The notes: generated by a model from the letters alone, not told the origin. 64,000 nt of DNA from Blepharisma stoltei ATCC 30299 (GCA_965603825.1 CBFDEM010000047.1:744001-808000), one strand, 5' to 3'. Positions 49,443-62,974 are shown, numbered from the stretch's first letter. Numbers and translations: made by a program.

Positions 49443-50087
49443 TTACAACTCATAATCATAAAAAATCATGAGAAGTGCAAGCGCTGCAAACACAAGAAAC
49501 AGAACTCCAGCTGCAATTTTCACAGTCTTTTCTGAAATGTACTTTTCGATCAACTTCCCTACCAAAACTCCTATCAGTCCTATACAGGCGAATCCTATAA
49601 TTGCCCCAATCATTACCAATACAGGGTCACTTAGTGCTGACAGCGAAATAATCGTTGTATTTGACTTATCTCCCCACTCTGCAAAAAATACCATAACCGC
49701 TGTCTTCCAAAAGACCTTCATCCAGGACATTCGTTGTTCACTGTCTGCCAATAATGGGTCGTTTTTTTCGTCGACCATTTCACTTTCTCCATGATAAGCC
49801 TCATAAAAAGACAAAATAGCATAGACCAGGAACATCACGCAGGAGGCAATTTGGATGTAAAGAGGGTCGATAAGCTTGACGGCGGCTGCTCCGATAAAGG
49901 CTGCAATTATAGCAATCACGCTCTCTGTGAGCTGGTTGCCAAAAAATACAGCTGACCTTGAGTTTTTCATTGCGAGAATTGCAATAATAAAGAAGGTACG
50001 GTCTCCGATTTCAGCTAGAAAAACAGCTGCAAAGGAACTTGCGATTGCTTCGATAGAGCTTGGGGTTATTTCGGATGTAATTGCCAT
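49443..50087 (-). CDS. UPF0016 (GDT1/TMEM165) Ca2+/Mn2+ antiporter
   Basis: Two ExGD(R/K)(T/S) motifs: AEIGDRT and AEWGDKS. Confidence 0.92.
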   Translation of the reverse strand: MAITSEITPSSIEAIASSFAAVFLAEIGDRTFFIIAILAMKNSRSAVFFGNQLTESVIAIIAAFIGAAAVKLIDPLYIQIASCVMFLVYAILSFYEAYHGESEMVDEKNDPLLADSEQRMSWMKVFWKTAVMVFFAEWGDKSNTTIISLSALSDPVLVMIGAIIGFACIGLIGVLVGKLIEKYISEKTVKIAAGVLFLVFAALALLMIFYDYEL

Positions 50088-50638
50088 TAAATTATATGCT
50101 AATTATTTGGTATGTTGAATTCTCCTATGCATTTTTATTATTACTGGATATAGTGCTGATTATTAGAGAATTTTGGGAAAGTCGTCACGCAAATGTGAGT
50201 TGACTGAAAATGACTGAAAATTAGGATTTTAAGAATAATTAGAGCTAAGGAGGATTTAGCTAGAGCTTAGGATGGTTTCTCCAACTTTTGGGTGAACAGA
50301 TAAGAGGAATGAAGGGTTTGCTTGTAATAAAGCATAATTTTAGCTAAAAGCTTGAGATTCATCAACTGAATTCTTCAAATGATATAACCAAATTATCGCT
50401 AAAATTCATTTCCAGAATAGTCTAAAATATTTGGTATAGACTTATATTTTAATTAATAATTTCTATTTACCTAGACAATTTAATTTGAAAAATCAGTATA
50501 ATGATGCAGCTAATTATTATTTCGCAGCTTCTCAATCTTAAGTTATAGTTAAAAATAATGGTCCATCCCAATATCAATTATCTAGAATAATGGCACTTTC
50601 TATTTTATATGATATATAATTAAGAAATTTATTATAAG

Positions 50639-51118
50639 CTACATAATAAGAGACGAAACCATTTTATGTGAACGTTTTGGTCTCAAAACGCTGGCCCTTT
50701 TATCAAAATCTACAGCAGTCCCTAAATTTCGACTCCCTTTCAGCATGACTCTTAAATCTTCATCAAATAAAGACCTCAGCAGCCTTCTTTTTTTATTTAA
50801 AATAGAAATTGTCTTTTTTTGAATATTTTTTTCACTTTTTTTAAAAATATTTGTCCCATAAATGACGCCATTCCTAAGCTTCTCTTGGCGACTTAATATA
50901 TTTGAAAAAGTCCGCCTTTTTGAAGTATCTTCACAATTAATTGAGGGGAGTTTTGGAGTTACTGTACCAGAACTCGTCATATAGCATTTCTTTGTATCTT
51001 TTGATTTGTCTAGATAAGGGCTAGAAGTGTCATAGATTTTTCATTCTGTATAAGCTCTAACATGGTGGCTTGGCCTTCACGTCAGAAGCTGCTTATTAAA
51101 ATTTTCCTTTTTAATCAT
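50639..51118 (-). CDS. Basic hypothetical protein (159 aa)
   Basis: The track ORF extends upstream through two TGA to ATG 51118. Confidence 0.6.
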
Positions 51119-51149
51119 CTATTTATGGAATCAATTTTTCGCATATTAA

Positions 51150-51716
51150 ATGCTAGCCAAATCTATAGTCCGGCTGTTCTCAAAGTCATATTACGAGCTT
51201 TTGGAGGTCGAAAAGACTGCTGATAAGCAAGCTATTAAGGCAGCCTATTATAAGCATGCGAAGATTCACCATCCGGACGCACAAAATTCAGACCCAGAAA
51301 TATTTAAAGAGTATGCAGAAGCATATAATACATTGATTGATGAGGATAAGCGATATCAGTATGATATAGATAATGGCTTTTTAGATGCTATGGATGTAGA
51401 TAGAATGGAAGAGCTTAAAGAAAAATTCGGAACTAGATACCCTGAAAAAGCATTATGAGAAAATTTAAAAAAATGAGACACACAGCTGGTAGAAGAGCTT
51501 GACAAAGACACTTGGACTTTACCAAAGCTGTTATGGAGGCTAAGGAAATCTAAGGTTAATAAAGCTTCTGCAGCTCCTGAAAAAACTGGGTTAGACTCAT
51601 TATCGAATTTCAGGTTGGCTGCATTATCAAGCTTAATTGTTGGCTTTGCAATTACATATAACAGCTCAATTTGGGTGATTGAAAACTATATTTATCCTAC
51701 TAAAGTAAATAAATAA
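51150..51716 (+). CDS. Mitochondrial-type J-domain (DnaJ) protein with C-terminal TM
   Basis: YYELLEV..IKAAYYK.AK.HHPD..AYNTL.D...R.YD. Read through two TGA to TAA 51714-51716. Confidence 0.85.
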
Positions 51717-51723
51717 CATATAT

Positions 51724-54405
51724 TTAATGATCAATATCATAAGTATTAGTAATTGGGCTCAATACAGGGCTAGAAGAATCAGAAAACATCCTTGATGTCG
51801 TAACCATATCATATACACTTTTTCCTCTTGATTTATAGCCTCTTGGAGGTGTTGTATCTTGATTGGGATATCTCTGTGAAGGGATAGGGTCAAAATCCAA
51901 TCCAATGAATTTTCTAAAAGTTGTACACTCCTTGATTATTGGCATATTTGAGAGCTCTGTAAGGTAAATTTGGAACCCTTTTTTCCTTTCTTCTAAAATC
52001 GTAGGTTTTCTGCTAGTTATTGATGAAGAATTTTGAGAAAAAACAGCCCCGAACTCTGGCAAGTTTAAATGAGGGAACTGCTGCTGCAAACTGCTGTGGA
52101 GGTTGCAGAACATTTTGTATTTTCTTGATACGTTCCAGCTTTTAGCTTTATTAGAGAAAGAAATTACATATTCTGTGTATGGCTTGCCGCCTTCGTCACG
52201 AATTGTGGTCTGTGGGACTTCAATCATTAATTTTCCATCAATAGAAGCAGGCCCATCTCTAAGGCAAGCTATCACATGAGCACTAAATACGTTAGAATTC
52301 AGATATTTCCCACATATTTTGCACTGCAATGCAGAACAGTTTTTTATCAATTTTTTGCATTTTTTCAGCCTCTCTACCTTTTCTTCAAGCTGCTGGCATC
52401 TTAGTTCTAGTTTTTCAAATGCAAAAGACAGGTATTTATTAGTCTCATAAATAATTTTTGGCTCATTGTTTTCGGTTTTTTCTGATCTATCGGTTTTCTC
52501 ACTTTGGGCGTTTCTTAGTTTATTTCTAAGTTCTTTTGCTTCGCTTTCAGCTTCGTTTCTCCTTCTTTTATACTCAATTTCTTCATTTTTTATAAATTCC
52601 AGCTCTTGCCTAAGCAAAGCATTGTCTCTCTGAAGATCCGCAATCTGTTTTTGGCTAGAATTTTGCAAAGAATTAAGCTTCTCAGAGGCGTCTTGGTATT
52701 TAGACTTTAAGTCTTCTATCTTTTCACTAGTATTTTCCTTTAAATACTGTATTCTTTCTTCATAGCTTTCTTCAATTCTTTTCTTTTCTCTAATTAAATC
52801 TTCCATTCTTGCAGCACTTGTGGCTTGTGAAGCTTTGAGCGTGCATAATTCTCTTTCGTATTCTTCAAGTCTTCTTTTCAGCTGGTCTTTTTCAGCTTCA
52901 AATTCAGCTTTTCTACGATTAACCTGGTCTTGTGAAAATTCAAGCTGCTGGTAAAGTCTTCGGCATTCGTTTTGGATTTCGGTTAGAGAAGATGCTAAAA
53001 TATAGTCAGCTGACTCTGTATAAAGCTGAATTAGATACTCAAGCAACTTTATTTCCATTGATTTTGTGATTGAGTCTGCTCTGAATGTTTTTGAGAAACT
53101 TTCTATAGTAGTTTTTAAGACTGCGAAATTGGTGATTTCTTTGTTTTTTAGCTGGTTTTGGAGAGTTACACCCCAAGCTTCAAGTTCTTTTTGGGCTCTT
53201 TCTTGAGAGAGTCTTTCGTTTTTTTCTTTATAAACTAGAGCTCGCTCTTTAAGCTTCAACTTTAGCTGCTGTTTAAAATTTGTGACTGAGTCTCCAAGAG
53301 CTTTTTCTTTAAATTTTTTTACAAGTTTGTTTCCAATTTCAGCTTGCAGCTGATAAATTTCTTCTTCTTTTAAAGGAAGCCTCTTAGAAATTTCTCTCAT
53401 TTCTTGTTCAAACTCTCTCATACAGTCATCTACCCCTTTTTGGCACTCAGCTTGGCAGACTGATGTCCAAGCTCCTTCAATATTTGGGACCCCACCTTTA
53501 TTAATTGCTTCAGTATAAGCTATAGCCAGTTGTCCAAGCATTTCTCCAGTCAACATTTGTCCGTTTAACGTCTTAGGTTTTACTTTTGTAAAAATTTTTT
53601 TCTTTAACTCCTCAGCTTGTGACAAAAATTCAGGCCTAAAAACTTCTTCTGGGGCATTATCAAGCTTCTGCAGTACATCTTCTCTTTCCGTTGGCCTCAC
53701 AAGTGAAAAGCAGTCCCTGTCTTTAAAAAAAGTGCTCAAAAGCCTCCTTATCCTATTTTTCGCTTCAATATTATCACTAACCCCTTTTTGAAGAACTAAG
53801 GCATTTTCTAAATATTTTCTTGCAGAAATTGGATTCCCTTCTCCATCAACTAGCCTTAGGGCGAAATCTCTTAAAACCCACAAAAATGAAGGAAAATAGT
53901 TAGCGATTTCGTCAGGATTTGTAGGACCTTGGCTAGACCTGATTTGAAGCTGTTTGCTTAAATTGACGATTAAAGACAAGTTTTGTAAAGCGTTTTCATC
54001 AATAGTGCCAACACTGTTGTACACGAAATATGAGCTGAGTAGTAAAGCAAGTAAAAAGATTCTGGTATCATGATTTGCATCTTCGTCAAAAGCTCCTAGT
54101 CCTTCGCTGTCAATTACCAGAACTTTCATTCTTTCCCCTTCGCTGTTTTCTATTTCGACTGGCTCACTTCATACCCACAGACCTTTTGTACAAGCATTAA
54201 TGGTAGGGCCAACACCAAAGCCTTGACCGTCTCGATTGTCTAGAATTACACGATTCAGCAAAAATGATTTCCCAGTGCGGTATTTTCCGACGACTGCGAT
54301 AACCCCTACTTTGCCTTCAAGATTTCTTAAAAATTCAAGACTTTCTGGGGTTACTCTGAACCCTTCACGCTCATAAATGATAAGCGGGATTGCTTTTGAA
54401 TTCAT
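51724..54405 (-). CDS. Guanylate-binding protein (GBP) GTPase + coiled coil + C2HC Zn finger + PX domain
   Basis: GKYRTGKSFLLN, CTKGLWV(W=TGA), DSEG and WVLRDF; CKICG..HVIAC; YTEYVI..WNVSRKYKMFCNLHSSL..FP..LP..EERKKG.Q.YL. Confidence 0.9.
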
Positions 54406-54507
54406 AATTTGATTTAATATGAAAAATTAATTTTCGAAATTTTTATTTTGGGTAACTTCTATTGATAAATCTTAAAAATTAGAATTGTGAGTATCTTGAT
54501 TTTATTA

Positions 54508-54735
54508 TTAATTTAAATTTTTTTTGCTTCAATTAATATTTTCTCAAAGCTTAGTCACGAGAGCTTCTCTTTGTTCTCTTGCTTTTTTCACCTTATTTTT
54601 AAGGAATTCTAGGTCTATTTCTTTTGGGCGAAGTAGCCAATCTACTGTGAGGCCGATTGAAAAAAAAATTAATGTATATACGAAGAACCAAGCAATTGTA
54701 CTTGGAGATATAGCAAATTTGAGGATAGAGTCCAT
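54508..54735 (-). CDS. Small single-TM hypothetical protein (75 aa)
   Basis: Hydrophobic helix then a basic tail; the terminal TGAs are read as Trp. Confidence 0.5.
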
Positions 54736-54950
54736 TATATATTATTGCATTTCTTTCCTTCCATTTATAATATAATTTTCAGATCAGACTTATTAAAAGA
54801 ATATTTTGAGTAATTATAATGAGGAATCTGCTTAGTAAGGCTATAATTTTTATTCTGATTACAACTATGACGAGGCAGAGACAATAATATTATGCTCACC
54901 CTAAGATATAAGTATAATATACAAAAGATTTTGACCTTATTAAATAATTA

Positions 54951-55916
54951 CTATGCAAACCTAACTCGAGCCAGGACATTTTTGCATTTTCTACACGTAT
55001 GCACGACCTCCTGATACTTGCTCAACGAATTCGCCTCTCTGCAACACCTAATTGCATTGAAAAAGAACCTAACTGAATCAATAAATCCCAAATTCTGCAC
55101 CTGGAAATTTATAATTGAATAAGTATCTTCATTACAAGTAGGGCAATACAATAGATTAGGGAACGCCAAGGTCGATTTCCTCACACTGGCATGAATACTC
55201 CTATCAGTTTGCAGCCTTTTTGGCTTAATTTCAACTACCTCAAACTCTTCTTCAGGCTCAGGCTTATTCTTAGCATTTTTTCTTGCAGTCAATTTTGAGC
55301 TATTATTTGATAAATACGACGTTATCATTGCGCTGGAGTCTGAGCTTAAATTTGTATAAATTGTGGACGCCCTGACACCTTTAATTTCTTCTTTTGTAGG
55401 AATAATTAAAGAATTTTTGGCTGTCGGAGTCGAAAATTCAGCTTGGACCTTAGAAGTGGGGTAGTTTAAAATGGTTTCTTTATTGGCTTCGTCTTCTTCG
55501 TCTGTCAGACTATAATCAATTGAGCCTTCTTCGAAATCTTGGCTATCAGGAGTCATACTGTCTCTTTCCAAATTAAGCTCATTAAGAATCCCATTATAGT
55601 TTTGAGCCCCGCTTTTTACTAAGACACTTGGGGCGTGCATATGGTGTCCTGGAAAGATTTCTGAGACTTCTTTGGAATATTTTCAAGATTCATGGAGATC
55701 AGAAGAGATTTTAGAAGCCTGCAGTGACGATATATATGAGTGCCTTTTAGAAAGTGAATTAGGGAATATATCTAATGATATATCTGATTGCTCAAAATTT
55801 AAGGCTTTTGTGAGAAACGAAATAGGCTGTAAATTTGGGTCTGATGAGTCGCTTTGTCCTTCTTCGTATAAAAACGACAGGGAATGCACTTCTCCTTCTC
55901 TCATTTCAAATGACAT
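54951..55916 (-). CDS. LITAF-like zinc-ribbon protein with long disordered N-terminus
   Basis: CPTC..hydrophobic stretch..HTCRKC. Two ORFs joined via TGA 55683. Confidence 0.8.
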
Positions 55917-56025
55917 TTATCGGCGGCTCTTTATGAATTTTTTGAGTAAAGTGAGTGCCATGCAAAAAATGATTATAAATTAAATATTAAAAATTTTTGG
56001 TTAAAAGGACAGAAAAATTAGTTAT

Positions 56026-58158
56026 TTATAAATATTTGATGATTGTATTTACAATTTTTTCAGGCGCACATGGTTTTGTTAAATAGCACTGCATTCCGCA
56101 TACAAGAGAGTATTTTGCATCTTCCTCGTCGCTATATGCAGAGTAGCCTATAATGCAGGGAAGGCTCTTAATTTTTTTTTCTTTATAAAGCCATTCTATC
56201 GTTTTTGTAGCCTCCCAGCCATTCATTTCAGGCATTTCGCAGTCCATCACAATCACTTTAAAAGGCTGGCATTTCGCGTCTTGTAGAATTACTTTATCAA
56301 TCGCAATTCTCCCATTAAGAGCTTCTTCATATCCAATTCCATATTTCCTGAGAATCGATCCAAGTATTTCTAGATTAAATTCCATATCATCAACAATAAG
56401 CACGTCTTTAAATGAGTCAAAATATGATAATTCAGGTATTAAATTTTCAAAATTATCATTACCTACATCATTTTTTAAAGACTCTAAAGCTTCAGTTTCT
56501 AGTATTTCTTGAGAAATGTCTATTTTAAAATAAAACATTGACCCTTTGTCAAGAACTGATTTAACTTTGATTCCTTTGCCTCCTAATTGTTTTACTAGTA
56601 GGTTGGCAATTCCTAAGCCTAAGCCATATCCTTGCTCATGGATATCTGGAATATAGCTTGAGTTATGTCGGGAAAATAACAGCTTTATAGAGCCTTCTTC
56701 AACGCCTACACCTGTATCTTCGATATAACATTTTAATTTATATTTATTGCAGCACGCACAACAAATTTCTATTTTTCCTTTCACCGTGTATTTTAAAGCA
56801 TTTATTAATAAATTGATAATTATCTGTTTGAATCTTAATGGATCTGTATAGATGCCTGCTGATAACAAAGGGTCAATTCTAGATATAACTGATATTCCTT
56901 TTTTTGTTGCTTGCAGTCTGATTAAGCTTACTGAATTTTCTACGATATCTTTTATTGAGCAAAACGATTTGTGGATTGAAAAGATTCCAGCTAAAATTTT
57001 CGAATAATCCAATAAATCATTTACAAGTAAAAGCATCATTTGAGCTGAAATCGAAACAATTTTTAATTTTTCTATTTCTTCAGAACATAAATGAGTTATA
57101 TTTCCCAGCAAATCTTCAGTAAAATATATAATTGAGTTCAGAGGAGTCTTTAGTTCATGCGAAACTGTTCTAAGTAAAAGAGTTTTCATTTTATCATTTG
57201 CAATACTTGCTTCTAAATTCACTATTTGATTAATATCTCTTATCAGCAGAAATACAGATGGCGCATTTTCTCATTCAATTATTTTCGCTTTTCATTCCAA
57301 GTGAGTATTTCCAATTAATGTAACTCCTAGAGTTGTATCCACATGGTCATGATTTTCAAGCAAAAAGCAGATGTCTTCTATTAATTTGTTGGAATTATTA
57401 AATCTTGAAACTTTTTTACCTTTTAAATATTCAATATTATATAATGCAGAACTCAGACGTTCTCCAGATGTTTGAAGCAGCTCAAGAGTGCATTGGTTAT
57501 AAAATTTAATTTCATAATGATGAGAAATAATCATAATTCCATCACTAAATGCGTCAGTTATAGCATGAAGCCTGTTTTTGGAATTTTCTAATTCTTTTTG
57601 ATAGGAGTAGCGGGTATAGGAGGCATTGGAAACTTGGTGATAGCCCATATTACAAAATGCAAAAACCAATATAACGGCATTATATGAAGAAGCAATTTCT
57701 TTAGAAGTTGTGTTACCAAAAATCATGCCATGAATATGCCATAAATATAAGTGCTTGAAAACCAGCAGATTCAGTATCCATTTGTTTTTAACTATCGGGA
57801 GTTCAAAAACCACTGTCACCAAAAATGCGATCAATTCAAGAATCCCTAAGTTTGCTTGGTCAACGGTCCATGAGTTATATAATAGGAAAGCATTGCAATA
57901 CTCAGTTGTAAATATCAGAATCCCTACTCTTCATGATAATGATCTACGGCCAAATCGTTTCATTGTAAATGTTATCACAGTATGAAGCAAAGTTTGAGGG
58001 AATAAAACTTGAAATAGAAACTCAGAGGGATAGAAATAAGTCTTGAAAGCATTTATTATAAAAGTAATTGCCAATACGAAGTTTGAGAATTGTAAAAACT
58101 GCTTATATACACTTTCAACCCTTTCTTCCCATCATAAAAATTGTAAGTCCTTATTCAT
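56026..58158 (-). CDS. Membrane-bound hybrid histidine kinase (TM + PAS-like + HisKA + HATPase + receiver)
   Basis: SHELKTPLNSI, NLLINALKYT, DTGVG, GYGLGL, VDD, MDCEMPEMNG and KP. One frame to ATG 58158, interrupted only by TGA. Confidence 0.9.
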
Positions 58159-58864
58159 TTTATAACAAAAATAAGGTTGGAATTATTAAATCATATTTAG
58201 TGTTAATTTGATTGTGCTGAGTTGGCAGATTTCCATCTTTAGATAATAATTTTAAAAGGAATTAATTTAATTATAAATATTCATCAGGAAGCTTATTTTG
58301 GCTGAGTTTTTAAAAAATATCAAATTTTCTTAATATATTTTAAAATAACATTTATAATAAAATATTATCCGAGGTTAATTTTCCATAGATGTCTTTAAAA
58401 ATTTGATTATTAATCATAATTTGTAATTGGCTTAAATTTTGATATTTTATTTTTTTATTTTATTAATCCTCTTTTCAAGTTCTCAAGCAATATTTGCAGC
58501 TTTTCTAAATATCTTTTGTGAAGTCGATTTCTTATGAGTGCTTTATTTAAAACAAATCGTATTTCTGTTTCTATATCTATGTTGTATTTTTATAATAATG
58601 AAGTTTAATCAGGAAACTTTATGACACTAATAAAAAGCAATTTAATTCGCTTTTCTACTAATCCTGCAAAAATATCTATAATATAAAATAATTTGAAATA
58701 AGAAAACAGACTTTGCTGATTTTAATTTCATTTGAGAACTGCGTCAATATTTGAGGAATAGATCTATAAGTTCTTTGATAATAACGTAAAATTGTTGATC
58801 TAATATTTAATATAAATAATATTAGACTAAAATTTAAATCTTAGTTAACATAGACCAATTAAAT

Positions 58865-59257
58865 ATGAAAATTGCAATTCTGATACTGATTTACTTAAAT
58901 ATAATTTGAAGCGTAATTGGGGAGTCAGAGTTCATTATATCTCAAGTCAAAAACACAGATGGACACACCCACGGAGAATCCACACAATTAGCAAATATTG
59001 ATAATACCGAAGAAAATAGCAAAAATGATAAAATACTTTATACATTTATTTTTAGCTTTGTTGGATGCGTTATTTGCTGCGGATTAATCCAAGCTATTTT
59101 GATTCTAAGCAAAAGAATGAATGGTGAATTAAGTTCTTTGAGAAGAAACTATAAGCAGCATCAAGGTCTATTAAAATTTAGGGAATTCCGATATGCATAT
59201 GAGAAAGAAAAAATTAGATACGAACAGATTAATAAGGATGCCAGTACACTAAGATAG
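58865..59257 (+). CDS. Small type-I membrane protein (130 aa), absent from the ORF track
   Basis: Signal peptide MKIAILILIYLNII(W=TGA)SVIG, a polar ectodomain, TM ILYTFIFSFVGCVICCGLIQAILIL and a basic tail. Confidence 0.65.
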
Positions 59258-59746
59258 TAAGATTGTTTAAATTAATTTGAGTCTAAATAGTTTTTTATTA
59301 TGTGCTTGCAAAAATTCTTTTTAGCTTAGACTAAATTTACATATAGGCTATTATTTATTAATATAATATTCGATGATAAAATCTATCATTAAATGTATTT
59401 GTTTTACTCTAATTTTAGATAAATATATCTTTAATAATATTGTTAATTTATTCTGGCCCTTTATTTTTTTCCAGGTCGCAAATAATCTTTTTGTGTTATG
59501 TTTTTAATTTAATCATATCCCAACTATTTCTATATTTTAATAATATATTGTCAACTTCCCAAGTTGGCTCTTCAACTTGTGTTGCATTCCCTAGCCCAGG
59601 GCAATCACTCTTGGGCTATAATTATAATTGTTTTATTCGGACATAGAAAATCATATTCCTCAGTTGTTGTCATATTTTGGCTTTCTACAATCTTTATCTA
59701 GTTATATATATTGACTTTAAAATTTAAATTATGATATATTGCTTAC

Positions 59747-61201
59747 TTATTCAAGCACATCCTTAGAATTTTCAAGCTTCAGCTGAGGATTTTTTATTCC
59801 TTGAGAGTGAGATATTTGCTCTATCATCTGATCTCTTAGTTGTTTTAAGGCTTCTCTTACATCTGGCACTTGTTTTTTAGCAATTTCTTCAAGAACGGTA
59901 GCCAGCTCTTCTAATGCGCAGTCATTTGGATCATTAATCCATGTTCTTATCTGAATCCCATTCATAGGCTGCAACTGGAAATTTTCTGCAACATTATCTA
60001 TAATAATGACTTTTTTTAAATCCCTTCCTAATAGCGTCAAATCCTTTACAAAATGTAAGCCAGCTGGAACTGCATGCTGCCTATACAACCTTGCATTAAT
60101 ATGCTTCTCTTTATCAATTTCATCCAAAATTCAATCAGCGTATTCAGATATTGATGCCGTGAAAATAATAATTTCATAATAAACTGAAACCCTTCTTAAA
60201 AATTCCAAAGTATGGGGACGGACTGCAAAGTGGCCTTTATCTTCTAGTTCAAAATAATGAATTAAAGTTTCGTCTAAATCAAGAACTAAAGTGAACACTT
60301 TTGTAGGAGGATTTCGCAAGTACGGCGGAGATACTCTTTGGTTTTCAGTATTTAATGCTGGCAGATCAGATGTGTCAATTCCAAAGGCTCGCTCAATCAA
60401 AAACCTTGCTCTAAAAATCGATATTTTTTCAATATTTTGCAATATTTGCATAAATGCTAATTTCAGATTTTTCATGGTTCTGTCCTCAATTCTTCCTATA
60501 TAAGATCTGCATATCTGCTTTATAAGCTTTACAGACAGCGAATTATATTTTTTTAGCTCTTTTTCTCCTTTGCCTTTCCCTGATAGCCCAGATTTTAGGG
60601 TAATAATTTCATTAAGCTTCATAGCTCACATATTTGTGGAGTCATCTGAAATTCTAGGCAAAATAAGTTTAATCAAAGCTATAAATCCTTGATGAAGATC
60701 AAATAGTAGGGCCTTTAAAATTGTGCTTTGTTCATTTTGTGTAATCCCTTCATTAATAAAATAATGAGTTAAAGCTATACCCATAGCTTCAAAAATCAAT
60801 GCTTGCTTTGTGAGCCTCTTTACTTTTAAGTCACGATATAGAAGGTCTATTTGGTTTAAAGTGTTGTCAGCTGTCAAGTCTCATCATTCTTCGCATGCTC
60901 TTACAGCATCTGGAGCCATCCTCAAGTTCTCTATGAGGAAATAAAGGTCTTCTTCAAGGATTATCAAGTCTTCTAAATTTATCATAAAAGTTTTAGAATT
61001 TTCTTTGTTTTCTGGGTTTTCTTTTATCAGAAATCTCCGTTTCGGGACTTCTGACTTAGGGTAGCTGGGAGGGTTGGGGACTAATTCTTTCTTTTTTATT
61101 TCGCCTTTGCTGTTTCCTCGCTTAGGGGTTTGATTTCTACTTGAGGATTTTGCTGGTGTCACCGAATTTATCTGTGCAGAGTATATCTTACGAAATGACA
61201 T
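59747..61201 (-). CDS. NIF/FCP1-SCP (CTD small phosphatase-like) HAD phosphatase
   Basis: LVLDLDETLIH, VRP, FTAS..YAD(W=TGA) and KDL..LGRDLKKVIIIDN. Four ORFs in one frame. Confidence 0.9.
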
Positions 61202-61328
61202 GTAAAATGGATTTAAATATTTTTCAACTGTCTTTTATAATAAAATAGCAAAAGAAATATTAATTTCTTTTCTTTATATTAATTGATATAAATTTAAATA
61301 CTAGCTCAACATCCCAATTTCTTTTATA

Positions 61329-61988
61329 ATGAAAACAATGGAGGCACATAAGAAGGATTCTTCAGATGAAGATGAAGAAGAGGCTGACCTTTATGAAGAA
61401 GGATGGATTCAATGGGTTTGTTCTCTAGAAGGACATGAATTTTTTTGTGAGGTTGATGAAGATTTTATCAGAGATAATTTCAATCTTTATGGTCTTAGAG
61501 AAAAATTCGCTCAATATGATGAAGCAATCGAAACCATTTTAAGCACTGAAATTCCAACTGAAGATGATTTAGCAAACGAAAGCTATTTAGAGCTATACCA
61601 AATGTCTGTTGATTTGTATGGACTTATTCATGCACGATTTATTGTGACTCCTCGAGGCCTTTCTATTATGAAAGAGAAATTTATTTCAGGAAGATTTGGA
61701 ACTTGCCCAAGAGTCATGTGTGAGCGTCAGCATGTCCTGCCTGTTGGTCTTGCAGAAGTCCTTCATACATCAAGAGTTAAGATATTCTGCCCTAAGTGCA
61801 AAGATGTGTTTATTCCTAAGAACAAATACGCTGATATTGATGGTGCTTATTTTGGGTGCTCGTTTCCTCATCTATTTATGCTCACTTATCCAGATTTAAA
61901 CCCAGTGAAGCCTACTCCTGAATATATCCCCAAAATATATGGGTTTAAAATTTACAAAAGAAAAGGATCTAAATATCGTAAAGTTTAA
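61329..61988 (+). CDS. CSNK2B: Casein kinase II regulatory beta subunit
   Basis: WIQW..EFFCEVDEDFIRDNFNLYGL, LYGLIHARFI, CPRVMC..CPKC and IDGAYFG.SFPHLF. Confidence 0.96.
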   Translation: MKTMEAHKKDSSDEDEEEADLYEEGWIQWVCSLEGHEFFCEVDEDFIRDNFNLYGLREKFAQYDEAIETILSTEIPTEDDLANESYLELYQMSVDLYGLIHARFIVTPRGLSIMKEKFISGRFGTCPRVMCERQHVLPVGLAEVLHTSRVKIFCPKCKDVFIPKNKYADIDGAYFGCSFPHLFMLTYPDLNPVKPTPEYIPKIYGFKIYKRKGSKYRKV

Positions 61989-62005
61989 TGTAAGTTTATA
62001 ACATA

Positions 62006-62863
62006 ATGTCAACTAGAACTTCAGGGAGAGCTAAATCGGCTCAGCCAAATAAAGTATATAACCCTGAAATATATGCGCTATCTAATTTAATACAGCAGGC
62101 CTCAAATCACTTGGAACAGAATAAGTCTAAAAGCTACGCCTCAAAACTCAGGGACAGACAAGCTTCTAGAAAAAGTACTTCAAGAGATTATGACAGAGGA
62201 GGAAAAAGCCCCGAAAATTACTTAGAAACTCCTAAAAATTGAGTGCCACCTGAACCATTGCAGATGACTCCGAGTGTTGTAGAAAATGGGCATCCTGGTC
62301 ATCTTCCATTGCAATGTAAACAAGACAGTGGGAGTGATAAAAGTATGAAAATGCAGGATAGAATAAGCACCGTAAACCCATCAGATATAAGCTATGAAAA
62401 ACTTAGTGTTGATAAAGACAATCTTTTATCTATTGTAAGAGATACAGAACCGAAAGCAGAATTCAGAACCCCGAGCTATCATTATATATCGATCTCTTCA
62501 AAAAACTCAAGCCCTGAAAGAGGAGGATATATTTCATTTAAGCCAAAAGATGTACAATACTTAGTTAATTTAGAAAAAAAGTTAACCGAGCAGAGGATTA
62601 AATACAAAAAACTTGAACAGAAATATAAAGAGCTATTAGCGAAAAATTCAAGATCAGAAGAATTTTATGAAAATGCAATACAAAAGCTCTCATATGAGTT
62701 GAATCAGCTTAAAGGAAAAACTGAAAAAGAGAGTAGAGAATCACCTACTCAAAAAGTTGAGGAAAATCCTATTTTTAAAATTTTATCAGAAATAGAGAGT
62801 ATTAAAATAAGGCTTACAAAAATTGAAAATGGTCAAAGAGGAAATAAAGGAAGTTTGTTGTAA
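62006..62863 (+). CDS. Hypothetical disordered/coiled-coil protein
   Basis: Two adjacent ORFs in one frame, joined by TGA 62240-62242. Confidence 0.72.
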
Positions 62864-62974
62864 TTTTTTAATTAATTAATATAAAATTAATTTTCATTAA
62901 TTGCCTCCTGCTTATCATTAGATGCACATTTTATTAATAGTATTCAGGTAAGAAGTTAATTAATCTTCCATAAA

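Noticed and set aside
59520-59700. Short minus-strand frame MTTTEEYDFL.. resembling a Rab N-terminus
   Set aside because: Similarity is limited to a few residues and there are no GTPase motifs.
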